From: Candidatus Omnitrophota bacterium | Lineage (GTDB): Bacteria > Omnitrophota > Gorgyraeia > B26-G9 | Length of the DNA: 64,000 nucleotides | Direction of reading: 5' to 3' | Assembly: GCA_043826565.1 (NCBI GenBank) | Contig: JBDRPX010000006.1 | Span: 14,456 to 78,455 of the forward strand | Shown: one piece after another, positions 9,282-17,847 of the stretch | How the letters are laid out: each line of letters starts with the position of its first letter | Position numbering within the stretch: the stretch's first letter is position 1 | The notes under the pieces: generated by a model | Database searches by the model: none | Told to the model about the DNA's origin: nothing | What the model saw: only the letters and a program-made list of their open reading frames with translations | Made by a program: the position numbers and the translations under genes

Positions 9282-10322
9282 CTATTCCCTCAAAGCCAGC
9301 CCGACCGAAACAGAAAGTAACGGCCCGATTTCTTTAAGCCGTTCTTTGGATATCGCCTCACTACACGGCATCATTTGCGTAGGATCCCAAATCTCAACGT
9401 CTACCCCCAAAATACCGCTTAAGACTTTATCTATTCCTTTAAATTTTGCCGAGCCACCGGTTAAATATATTTTTTTCACAGAACCGCCCAGCTGGCTTTC
9501 GCAATAGTTAAAAGACAGATGAATCTCTCCGCATATCGAATCCAATACCGGGCTTATTATATTAATCAACTCCCCATAGCGTTCCTGCGGATTTCTTTTA
9601 AGCTCTTCGGCCTCAACAGTACTGATTTCAAATCCTTCAGTTATCGCCTTAGTTAAATCATTCCCGCCTAAAGGCACATCACGGTTGAAATAAGGTATAT
9701 TATCACGCAGAATAGTGGTACTGGTAATATCCGCGCCCACATCTAAAACTGCAACAATTCCTTCGTTTCCTTTTTCTCCTAACTGGAAAGAGTTGATTAT
9801 TGAAAACGAATCCACATCGATTACGTTCGGGATTAGCCCCGCCTCTCTAAGGATTCCGGTTCTTTCGTCAATAAGCTCTTTCTTTACCGCAACCAGCAAT
9901 ACCCGCATAAATTTATCTTGCGGCTTACCTTGATCTAAAATCTGGAAATCATAATTCACATCTTCGACATTAAATGGTATATATTTAGCAGCCTGAAATG
10001 CCATTGCTTTACTTAATTCTTCTTTAGTCATCTTAGGCATTTGCACATACCGGACAATCACCGCCTGTCCGGAAACAGACGTATTAACCAAAGTCGTGGT
10101 AATATTAGCGCGCGCAAAAGCATCCCGGATCGCTTTGACAATATCTTCCCGCTTATCACCCTTAAAAGGCTGAATCGCAAAATTAACCAGTTCTTTCTGC
10201 TTAGAACCGTCCATTTTTTGCACCTGCACAACTTTGACACTTGAACTGCCGATATCCAGCCCTACAGCTACTTCTTTCTTACTTGGTATTATTTTCGCTA
10301 ATATATCTTTAATTATTTTCAT
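9282..10322 (-). CDS. pilM: type IV pilus assembly protein PilM (actin-like ATPase fold)
   Basis: 346 aa. VGLDIGSSSVKVV is the FtsA/PilM actin-like N-terminus. First gene of the pilMNOPQ operon. Confidence 0.85.
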   Translation of the reverse strand: MKIIKDILAKIIPSKKEVAVGLDIGSSSVKVVQVQKMDGSKQKELVNFAIQPFKGDKREDIVKAIRDAFARANITTTLVNTSVSGQAVIVRYVQMPKMTKEELSKAMAFQAAKYIPFNVEDVNYDFQILDQGKPQDKFMRVLLVAVKKELIDERTGILREAGLIPNVIDVDSFSIINSFQLGEKGNEGIVAVLDVGADITSTTILRDNIPYFNRDVPLGGNDLTKAITEGFEISTVEAEELKRNPQERYGELINIISPVLDSICGEIHLSFNYCESQLGGSVKKIYLTGGSAKFKGIDKVLSGILGVDVEIWDPTQMMPCSEAISKERLKEIGPLLSVSVGLALRE

Positions 10323-10344
10323 GATTTAAGGTTAGATTAAATTA

Positions 10345-10354
10345 CCCCCCCCCC
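10345..10354 (-). repeat. homopolymeric C10 (G10 on the coding strand) tract in the pilM 5' leader
   Basis: Ten consecutive C at 10345-10354, 23-32 nt upstream of the pilM start codon. The surrounding DNA is strongly AT-rich. Confidence 0.9.
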
Positions 10355-10546
10355 TAGCGCCCTAATAATCGCGGCACCCTTCTTAAGTAGTGTATTTAAT
10401 TTAACATAGATTAGAAAAGTATTCAAGAAAATTCAGCAGCTTTAGTCCCTTTCCGCGGGCTAAAAGAAAAAATGTGCAGGTTTTCTTCATCTTTTAACCC
10501 TTAAGAATTAAAAAAAGAGGAAAGATATTAGAATCTTAACCTAGGG

Positions 10547-11020
10547 TTAACGGAATTTCCAGGAAATGCTTTTATCCTCTCCGGAATAAACTGCTGAACC
10601 ATAAGTCAGCAAAGAACCTTCTCCGGAATCCCGGGAAGCATCAATATTAATTGATTCCAATTCCGGATATTCTTCGGAGAGCCCCAACACCATATCCATT
10701 GCCAGCATTTTCACTTCCAGTTCTGTTCTGGGCCTAAACTTAAGGTCTAAGGTAAATATTAGAAATTTCTCTCCAAAACGAATATTCTTGATTTCAAAAT
10801 CACGCTGTTCGGTACGATATCCGGAAATAAATTCCATCAAGTACAAATAACTATGCTGTTGGGGGCCGATTTCGGGTTTGGGCATCGTAGAAGAGACCTT
10901 AAACATAACAACAACAAAAAAGTAAAGCAGGAAAACCAGGAATATAGCCAGAAATCTTTTTGAGTTTTTCCCAAAAAGAGTATTCAGTCTGGTTAATAAT
11001 GGATTATTATTGCCATTCAT
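10547..11020 (-). CDS. hypothetical membrane-anchored protein
   Basis: 157 aa with one N-terminal TM helix. Overlaps the rsmE stop by 14 nt, so it is co-transcribed. No recognisable family. Confidence 0.5.
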   Translation of the reverse strand: MNGNNNPLLTRLNTLFGKNSKRFLAIFLVFLLYFFVVVMFKVSSTMPKPEIGPQQHSYLYLMEFISGYRTEQRDFEIKNIRFGEKFLIFTLDLKFRPRTELEVKMLAMDMVLGLSEEYPELESINIDASRDSGEGSLLTYGSAVYSGEDKSISWKFR

Positions 11021-11738
11021 AATTTAAAATAGATAATATCGCGCTAACCGCCGTATCGCACCTTAAAACAAAATTACCCAAAGAAATATTAAAACATCCT
11101 TTTTGTACAGCTGCCTCAATTTCCTGAACACTAAAATCACCTTCGGGGCCAATAAAAACAATGACCGATTTTGGTTTTTTCCCCTTAACAATATCTTTCA
11201 ATAATACCGCACCTTTTTGGCAAGAGCCGATAAGTGCCAGCGAAAAACCGTCAATGTCGTTAATCACATTTTTAAATTCGCAAACCCGGGTAATTTCCGG
11301 GACATAACCGCTCCCGCATTGTTTTGCCGCGGTAACCGCGATTCTTTGCCACCTAACCACTTTTTTTTCCTGATTATCCGATTTTATTTTAACTACTGTA
11401 TTCTCCGTAATCATCGGAATAACTTTTTCCACTCCCAACTGTGCGGCCTTATCGACAATCTCATCAAACCTTGCCTTCTTCGGAATAGCTAATGCCAGGA
11501 CAATGCTAACTCTGCTGCGGCCTAACGACACAGTCTTGTTTATGTTTATAATTCCCCCGTTCTTATCGCAGGAACTCACGATACCCCAGTATTGATTACC
11601 TGTCCCGTCAAAAACAATGACCTCATCATTAATTTTTGCTCTTAAGACCAGAAAGGCATGTTTAGCTTCCGATCCGGAAATCTTAATTTTATCGCCGGAT
11701 ATATTTTCCGGCGGCACATAAAATCTATGCACTGACAT
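11007..11738 (-). CDS. rsmE: 16S rRNA (uracil1498-N3)-methyltransferase RsmE
   Basis: 243 aa. N-terminus MSVHRFYVP…I.GSEAKHA..VLR is the RsmE PUA-like start, followed by a SPOUT C-terminal domain. Confidence 0.85.
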   Translation of the reverse strand: MSVHRFYVPPENISGDKIKISGSEAKHAFLVLRAKINDEVIVFDGTGNQYWGIVSSCDKNGGIININKTVSLGRSRVSIVLALAIPKKARFDEIVDKAAQLGVEKVIPMITENTVVKIKSDNQEKKVVRWQRIAVTAAKQCGSGYVPEITRVCEFKNVINDIDGFSLALIGSCQKGAVLLKDIVKGKKPKSVIVFIGPEGDFSVQEIEAAVQKGCFNISLGNFVLRCDTAVSAILSILNYEWQ

Positions 11739-11766
11739 CTATTTCTATACCTCTTATCTATCTACC

Positions 11767-12180
11767 TTAAGGCCACACATGCCCGGATAACTGTCTTTGA
11801 TTGGGACAGACTACCTCATCAGGATTGCCGGAAATTAAAGAATATTTAAGGGGGAATGGTTTATTTTTTTCCGCCGGACATATCGGCTCTTTTAAAAGAT
11901 ACCCCCATTTAACCAGATCCGACGTCGAATATTCTTCCCAGACTATTTGCTTATTTTCTTTAATCTCATAAGTCGCCATCGCCGCCGCGATTCTTCTTAT
12001 ATTAGCACGACAAATTTTATCGTCTGCAGTAATCCCGGGAATGGAAAATCTGGACATAATTAATATTGCCAATATCAAGCTCAAGACAACTAAAACAAAC
12101 AACTCTTTAATAAAGCTGCCCCCACTATCTAAAAAGCTAGACTTACCACGATCATATTTACTCTGTATCTTTTTCAACAT
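11767..12180 (-). CDS. putative type IV pilin / pseudopilin-like protein (non-canonical prepilin leader)
   Basis: 137 aa. A 20-aa basic leader ends in GG, then SFIKELFVLVVLSLILAIL with Glu at +5 and a hydrophobic helix. Two C-terminal Cys (CPAEK…VVCPNQ) could form a disulfide loop. Confidence 0.4.
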   Translation of the reverse strand: MLKKIQSKYDRGKSSFLDSGGSFIKELFVLVVLSLILAILIMSRFSIPGITADDKICRANIRRIAAAMATYEIKENKQIVWEEYSTSDLVKWGYLLKEPICPAEKNKPFPLKYSLISGNPDEVVCPNQRQLSGHVWP

Positions 12181-12189
12181 CTACGTAAG

Positions 12190-12825
12190 CTAAAAGTCAC
12201 TCTTCTCAACTTTGTACTGCATGATCAATGCTTTTAATTCACCGATTAAATCATTCAGCCGGCGAATTATCGTTAATGCCTCTGTTTCATTAATCTTCTT
12301 ATCTTTAAGATCAATATACAACCTGTCTGTTAACTGCGAAAGTTCCGCAATCAAGTGACGGTCTTTAGACACTAAAACCTGCATATTCTCAATTACCGAA
12401 TTAAATGCCGTCCCCAGATTTTTCAATTCATCATCTTTCCTTAAACGCAAATAATTAGTCAGATCTCCTTTAGCCATTTTATTCGCTACTTGCTCTAAGC
12501 GATAAACCGGGCCGGCCACCTTATGAGACACAAAAACACTGGCAAACGCCGCAATTATTAAAGCAATCGGGATTTCAAATAATAAAATCATATTAATTTT
12601 CTGAAAGACTTCCGGCAAAGCTTCTTTTCCCGGCACTGAGGCAAGTTGTTTCGTCAACAATGACCAATGAGTAAAATATACTGTTAAAACAATAGCTCCG
12701 GTAACCGCAATTATCGTAAAAAGCACCATGAGCATATACTTAAACTGCAATTTTTTTTGAATTAAAAACCTTCGCCTTGTAAAAAGAGCTCTCCGAACCA
12801 TCACTAACCTCCCTTTTATACTCAA
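12190..12825 (-). CDS. HAMP domain membrane protein (no output domain)
   Basis: 211 aa. Two TM helices, then a HAMP-like segment (…VAGPVYRLEQVANKMAKGDLTNYL…DELKNLGTAFN.V) and a coiled-coil. Confidence 0.65.
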   Translation of the reverse strand: MSIKGRLVMVRRALFTRRRFLIQKKLQFKYMLMVLFTIIAVTGAIVLTVYFTHWSLLTKQLASVPGKEALPEVFQKINMILLFEIPIALIIAAFASVFVSHKVAGPVYRLEQVANKMAKGDLTNYLRLRKDDELKNLGTAFNSVIENMQVLVSKDRHLIAELSQLTDRLYIDLKDKKINETEALTIIRRLNDLIGELKALIMQYKVEKSDF

Positions 12826-12967
12826 ATTACATTAACTGAAAATTAGCTATATTAAAAAATATATTCATATCTTATTGATAAATATACAGTTGCAAATATA
12901 TTACCATAAGCTTTACTTTTTGTCAACATAACTTCCCGCAAACCCCGGAACCACGATTTAACATTAA

Positions 12968-13939
12968 TTATCGCACAGCTTCATTATACTTTTTAAATTC
13001 ACCGGAAAACAGATACACAAATCCACCAATCAAACTTGCAATCATCATCTGGGAAAAAAACAAGATCGATAGCGCAAATGCCCGTTCCGGACCGATAAGG
13101 TCTTTTAAGAAAAACACAAATGCCCCCTCCCGCACACCTAATCCATTTATAGAAGGCAAACAACCGAACACAGCAATTATGGGGGTCAAAATTAAAAATA
13201 AATAAAACGGCAATTCTACAGACATACTCATCGACAAAATATAAGTTGCTCCGGCCAATAACACCCAGCTCACAATTCCCAATACGAAAGCAAGAAATAA
13301 ATACCGAGAACTCCGAAATAATACTACCATGCCGTAAATTTTATTTAATTTACGTTCAAATGCAAAAAATTTCAGGTGTTTTAAACACAAACTAAGTTTT
13401 TTGGCAAAGCTATCAAAGTAACATAAGAACATCCCGGCCATCAATACGGAAAAAATTCCGAAAATTATCCAATCCGCTGCCGGATGTTTTATATATTTTC
13501 TTCCGGCGGTCAGAGTTATCATCGCCAAAAAAACCATTGCCGCCATTCCCACTACCCGGTCAATAAACACCGAAGCCACCGGTTTTAGCATGCCGGTAGA
13601 CCGCTTTTTTGCATAATACATCTTAATAACATCGCCGCCGAATGAAGTCGGCATAAAGGAATTAAAAAAAGACCCGATATAAACAAGCTTAATCACTTCA
13701 ATTATCCGAAAATGAATATTATTAACCTTAAATAATAAATTAAGCCGCAGGCCCGATAAACTGTAAATAACCAGATTTAAAGTTAAAGACACCAGAAATA
13801 ATGCTAAGTTTACCTCCCGCATTATATTTAAAATCTCATCTATCTTACTGCGCATCATATAAAATAATGCACCAAAAAGAACCAAACTAATGATAATTCT
13901 AATAATTAAAAAAATCACTTTATTTTTATTTTTTTTCAT
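12968..13939 (-). CDS. flippase-like / lysylphosphatidylglycerol-synthase-TM-domain family (UPF0104) membrane protein
   Basis: 323 aa, polytopic (~8 TM). The architecture and composition fit the UPF0104 family. Confidence 0.55.
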   Translation of the reverse strand: MKKNKNKVIFLIIRIIISLVLFGALFYMMRSKIDEILNIMREVNLALFLVSLTLNLVIYSLSGLRLNLLFKVNNIHFRIIEVIKLVYIGSFFNSFMPTSFGGDVIKMYYAKKRSTGMLKPVASVFIDRVVGMAAMVFLAMITLTAGRKYIKHPAADWIIFGIFSVLMAGMFLCYFDSFAKKLSLCLKHLKFFAFERKLNKIYGMVVLFRSSRYLFLAFVLGIVSWVLLAGATYILSMSMSVELPFYLFLILTPIIAVFGCLPSINGLGVREGAFVFFLKDLIGPERAFALSILFFSQMMIASLIGGFVYLFSGEFKKYNEAVR

Positions 13940-14098
13940 TTCTTTCCAATCTTTATGATGATTGTTAAAATTATATCATAGCATTATCCAAAGTTATAGA
14001 AAAAACCTCATATAAAAAATACTAAATGCCCCAAAACACCCGGAAATAGATCATTATATTAATATATATAATATAATAGTACAGCGTGATAAAATTTC

Positions 14099-14127
14099 TT
14101 GAAAAACATAGCCTATTATACTACAAT
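14099..14127 (+). promoter_or_regulatory. near-consensus sigma70-type promoter (TTGAAA-N17-TACAAT)
   Basis: -35 TTGAAA at 14099-14104, a 17-nt spacer, and -10 TACAAT at 14122-14127, all on the plus strand. Confidence 0.55.
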
Positions 14128-14133
14128 ATAATC

Positions 14134-14261
14134 TAGGAAATTTAATTTTACAAGACACTAACAACTATCTTTCAGTAACCAGAGTTTTAGGGGATAAGGA
14201 CGAAGCTAGGCAGCATTAGATTAGCCAGGGGGAAAGGGCATCATAAAGATGCCCTTTTTTC
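14134..14261 (+). ncRNA. candidate ~125-nt small RNA or riboswitch-like leader (promoter-to-terminator unit without an ORF)
   Basis: Bounded by the promoter above and the intrinsic terminator below. Contains no ATG with an RBS. Carries an 'attag attag' direct repeat and G-rich segments. Confidence 0.3.
14233..14261 (+). terminator. rho-independent terminator
   Basis: Perfect 9-bp stem AAGGGCATC / GATGCCCTT with an ATAAA loop, followed by TTTTTT, on the plus strand. Confidence 0.7.
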
Positions 14262-14267
14262 TTAGCC

Positions 14268-14296
14268 TTGCCTACCCCTCATACTATTGCTATAAT
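14268..14296 (+). promoter_or_regulatory. promoter for thpR (TTGCCT-N17-TATAAT) predicting a leaderless mRNA
   Basis: -35 TTGCCT at 14268-14273, a 17-nt spacer, -10 TATAAT at 14291-14296. The ATG is at 14305 with no SD in between. Confidence 0.5.
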
Positions 14297-14304
14297 ACTT
14301 AATC

Positions 14305-14874
14305 ATGGAAGAAAAAATCAGATCATTCATTGCTATTGAAATAAATAATGCCTTTGCTCAGGAATTAAAACGCATTCAGGAGCACTTAAAAAATTCACTA
14401 GACGGAAAGATCAATTGGGTCGAACCGAAAAACATTCACCTTACCCTGAGATTTTTAGATAATATTACCCCAGCCCAAACCGAACAAATCAAGCAAATCA
14501 TTATTAAAATCGCCCGGAAAAACAAAGAGTTTTCTATTAACCCGGGTATTCTTAGTGCCTTCCCTTCCATCTTAAATCCGCAGATACTTTGGGTCGGTAT
14601 AGCTTCCGGATGTAAACAACTGCGGGATATTGCCAAAACCCTTCAGGATGAGCTTGCAAAAATAAACTTTTCTCCCGATGAAAAACCATTTCATCCGCAC
14701 TTAACATTGGGAAGGATAAAATTCACCAAAGATAAAAAAGCATTTGGAAAGATGTCTAAGGAAATAGTCGTGAATAGTTCTCTTGTATCCAGAGTCAACA
14801 GGATTGTGCTTTTTAAAAGCACCTTAACTCCGCAGGGTGCAATATATTCTCCGATTCACACCGTAGAATTCTAA
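14305..14874 (+). CDS. thpR: RNA 2',3'-cyclic phosphodiesterase (2H phosphoesterase, LigT/ThpR)
   Basis: 189 aa with two H-x-T-x motifs (HLTLRF and HLTLGR) spaced as in the LigT family. Only plus-strand gene in the window. Confidence 0.85.
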   Translation: MEEKIRSFIAIEINNAFAQELKRIQEHLKNSLDGKINWVEPKNIHLTLRFLDNITPAQTEQIKQIIIKIARKNKEFSINPGILSAFPSILNPQILWVGIASGCKQLRDIAKTLQDELAKINFSPDEKPFHPHLTLGRIKFTKDKKAFGKMSKEIVVNSSLVSRVNRIVLFKSTLTPQGAIYSPIHTVEF

Positions 14875-14879
14875 TATAT

Positions 14880-15428
14880 TTATTTGAAATAAGAAGCTAT
14901 TGCCTGGGCAATACTTCCGGCAATCACAGGAAGTAAAAACACACTGATCAAGCGAATTAAAGTAAATCTCCAACCCATCATACCCACTTCCATCGGCAGC
15001 CTGGTAACTGCCCATAAAGACCATCCGGTAATAAACGCGACCATTGTCCCGATACTTGCTCCGGAACGCAGCAATCCTGCAGCTATGGGCAAACTGACAT
15101 AAGGCCCTCCCGGCGTTAACCCACCGGCTATAGTACCAAGTAATATACCGCGCATTCCTGCTTCTGTTCCTACTAGTTTTGCCAAAAGTTCCCGCGGCAT
15201 CAACACCTGAACCATTCCGGAAATAATAAAAGCAAATAAAAGTAGGGGAAGAATTTCAATAACCATTTTCAAGGCCGCAGATAACCCGCTGATATGCTCT
15301 TGCTGTCCGCGGCTATAACCAACATAAAGAAGAACTAGCGCAATCACACCCATTATTATTGTGGGGATAAACATATTTGATTTCCTCCATGGATTCCCCT
15401 GACGGGAATCATGCTCCCTATTTTTCAT
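14880..15428 (-). CDS. predicted permease (COG0701-like), short/half-size
   Basis: 182 aa with ~4 TM helices and a glycine-rich motif GTIAGGLTPGGPY. The real start may be the internal Met MFIPTII. Confidence 0.45.
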   Translation of the reverse strand: MKNREHDSRQGNPWRKSNMFIPTIIMGVIALVLLYVGYSRGQQEHISGLSAALKMVIEILPLLLFAFIISGMVQVLMPRELLAKLVGTEAGMRGILLGTIAGGLTPGGPYVSLPIAAGLLRSGASIGTMVAFITGWSLWAVTRLPMEVGMMGWRFTLIRLISVFLLPVIAGSIAQAIASYFK

Positions 15429-15889
15429 TTGTACCCCATCCGGCTTAAAATAAAAACAACAGTATGCAGAATACTATTTGTATATAGCGCGGCAATAATA
15501 TCATCAAGCATTATCCCCAGGCTTCCTTTTAAATTTTGCGCTTGAGCGGCCGGATACGGCTTAAAGATATCAAAAATTCGAAACAAAACAAAACCTAATA
15601 CTAAATTTAAAAAAGTAAACGGAATAAAAAGATAGCATAAAAGCATCGCAGCTACTTCATCAATAACAATCTTACCGGAGTCTTTTTCTTTAAACACAAC
15701 TTCCGCTTTTCCTGCGGTTAAAAAACCAAGCAGAAAAATCACCAGCATAGTTAAAATATATATCAAAAAATTATCTTTTACTAACAGATAACAAACTACT
15801 CCGCCCAAACTGCCGAAAGTTCCCGGCATCAACGGCAGATAGCCTAAGAAGAAACACGAGGAAATAACCTTAATTAGATTTCGCACCAA
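15425..15889 (-). CDS. pgpA: phosphatidylglycerophosphatase A
   Basis: 154 aa. N-terminus FFLGYLPLMPGTFGSL is the PgpA signature. Directly downstream of pgsA. Confidence 0.85.
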   Translation of the reverse strand: MVRNLIKVISSCFFLGYLPLMPGTFGSLGGVVCYLLVKDNFLIYILTMLVIFLLGFLTAGKAEVVFKEKDSGKIVIDEVAAMLLCYLFIPFTFLNLVLGFVLFRIFDIFKPYPAAQAQNLKGSLGIMLDDIIAALYTNSILHTVVFILSRMGYK

Positions 15890-16460
15890 GAAAAATCTTT
15901 CTGTTTTCCTTAAGATAGAACAAGCCGGAAATCAAGGTAAAAGCAACAGTGATAAGCATGAAAATATAAATGCTTTTATTAAACCAAAACTCTACCCAAG
16001 GATTCCAAAATGGAAAAACCTCAGCCCCGGCCTCTTTCAAAATAATAAATCCCAGAATAAGGAAAATTGACACGATTTGAGAAATAGTTTTATGCTTACC
16101 AGCCTTGGCCGCAGCCAAAACTTTCCCCTTATTTGCCGCCAAAATACGCATACCGGTAATCAGCAATTCACGCATGATAATAACCACCACTATCCAGGCC
16201 GGGATTATCCCCATTTCCACAAAAGCCAAAAAAGCTCCTAAAACCAGGATTTTATCGGCAATCGGATCAAGTAATTTCCCCAGGTCGGTAATCAGATTAT
16301 ACTTGCGGGCGATATATCCATCATAAAAATCAGTGATTGACGCTATGGTAAAAGCAACAAATGCTAAAATTTTAGCCGGCAAACCTTCATGAAAAAGCAA
16401 AATCATAAACACAAATGTCAGGATGATCCGCAGTATTGTTAATCTATTCGGTAAATTCAT
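15870..16460 (-). CDS. pgsA: CDP-diacylglycerol--glycerol-3-phosphate 3-phosphatidyltransferase
   Basis: 196 aa. NRLTILRI…TDFYDGYIARK…G..LDPIADK is the CDP-alcohol phosphatidyltransferase motif of PgsA. Confidence 0.85.
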   Translation of the reverse strand: MNLPNRLTILRIILTFVFMILLFHEGLPAKILAFVAFTIASITDFYDGYIARKYNLITDLGKLLDPIADKILVLGAFLAFVEMGIIPAWIVVVIIMRELLITGMRILAANKGKVLAAAKAGKHKTISQIVSIFLILGFIILKEAGAEVFPFWNPWVEFWFNKSIYIFMLITVAFTLISGLFYLKENRKIFLGAKSN

Positions 16461-17773
16461 ATCTTTTTTCCTATCAAATCATAGACGAAACTATCAGTTA
16501 TTTTCACTTTAATCAGCTTCCCCTGTTTAAGTCCGCTGCCCTTTATAAAAACCAGGCCATCAACTTCCGGAGCATCTGCCTGCGTACGGCCCAAAACAGT
16601 ATCTTCATCCTGAGTTCCATCGATTAAAACATCTTTTACTGTTCCGATTAACGCGGTATTTTTTTTAGCAATAATCCGCTGCTGCAAACGCATAATTTTT
16701 TTCACTCTTTGTTTCTTAATGCGCTCGGGAACCTGGTCTTTCATTTTTGCCGCTTGAGTATTTTCCTCACGTGAATACGCAAACACTCCCAGACGGTCAA
16801 ATTCAGTTTGCCGAACGAACTCATAAAGCTCCTTAAACACAGCTTCTGTTTCGCCTGGGAACCCCACAATAAGCGAAGTCCGCAGCGTTACCCCGGGAAT
16901 TTTCTCTCGTAATTTTTTTATGATTCTCTTTATTTTGGCTGACGAAACCTTACGCTTCATTGACTTTAATATTTTATCATTTATATGCTGAATGGGCAAA
17001 TCCACATATTTGCATATTTTAGATTCCCGGGCGATAATGTCAATTAAAGAATCGGTATAATGACGCGGATGCGTGTATAATATCCGGATCCAGGTTAAGT
17101 TCTTAAATTCCACTAAACGCTTTAAAAGTTTATCCAAAGATGGTTTTCCATAAAGATCCGCACCGTAAAAAGTTGTGTCCTGACTGATAAGATTTATCTC
17201 CTTACCACCCTTATCTACGATCATTTTTACTTCTTTAACAATAGATTCAATTGTCCGGGAATGATGACTGCCCCTGATTTGAGGAATAACACAATAACTG
17301 CACCGGTTATCGCATCCGTCGGCAATCTTTACATAAGCATAATGTTTGGGAGTTAAAAATTTTCGCGATTGGATCCGGTCACTTAAAAAATGCGGTTTGG
17401 CAGTCAGAAAAGGCCGTTTCCCTTTAAAGGAAAGCTTAATTATATCGGCAATTTTATTAATACTGCCCGGCCCTAAAAAAGCATCCGCTTCCTGTAAAAG
17501 CTCCCGCAACTCATTCTTGTATCTCTGCGGCAAACACCCGGCAACAATAAGTCTTTTTAAACGCCCTTTTTGTTTTAACTTTGCTACTTCCAGTATGGTA
17601 TTTATAGCTTCTTTTTTTGCGTCTTGAATAAAAGCACAGGTATTGACCACCGCAATATCCGCACACTCCGCGTCTTCGGTGATGGAAAAACCGGATTTTT
17701 TTAAAACCCCCAGCATTACTTCCGCATCAACCAGATTTTTTGAACAGCCTAAACTTATCAGTGCTACTTTCAT
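16457..17773 (-). CDS. rimO: ribosomal protein S12 methylthiotransferase RimO
   Basis: 438 aa. MTTase N-domain (KVALISLGCSKN), radical SAM CxxxCxxC (CDNRCSYC) and a C-terminal TRAM domain. Confidence 0.85.
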   Translation of the reverse strand: MKVALISLGCSKNLVDAEVMLGVLKKSGFSITEDAECADIAVVNTCAFIQDAKKEAINTILEVAKLKQKGRLKRLIVAGCLPQRYKNELRELLQEADAFLGPGSINKIADIIKLSFKGKRPFLTAKPHFLSDRIQSRKFLTPKHYAYVKIADGCDNRCSYCVIPQIRGSHHSRTIESIVKEVKMIVDKGGKEINLISQDTTFYGADLYGKPSLDKLLKRLVEFKNLTWIRILYTHPRHYTDSLIDIIARESKICKYVDLPIQHINDKILKSMKRKVSSAKIKRIIKKLREKIPGVTLRTSLIVGFPGETEAVFKELYEFVRQTEFDRLGVFAYSREENTQAAKMKDQVPERIKKQRVKKIMRLQQRIIAKKNTALIGTVKDVLIDGTQDEDTVLGRTQADAPEVDGLVFIKGSGLKQGKLIKVKITDSFVYDLIGKKI

Positions 17774-17847
17774 AGTAATTCCTTAAAAAATAAAAAAACG
17801 CCGGACTCATTTGCCCAACGAATTTTTTCATAATATTATTTACCTGA

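Noticed and set aside
14134-14261. Possible 4.5S/SRP RNA identity for the orphan transcript, from superficial similarity of ACCAG…GGA(U)AAGGACGAAGCUAGGCAG to the E. coli helix-8 region ACCAGG…GGAAGGAAGCAGCCAAGGCAG
   Set aside because: I could not fold a helix 8 with a GNRA tetraloop and the conserved symmetric and asymmetric loops from this sequence. The resemblance is short and gapped. Left as an unclassified sRNA candidate pending a covariance-model search.
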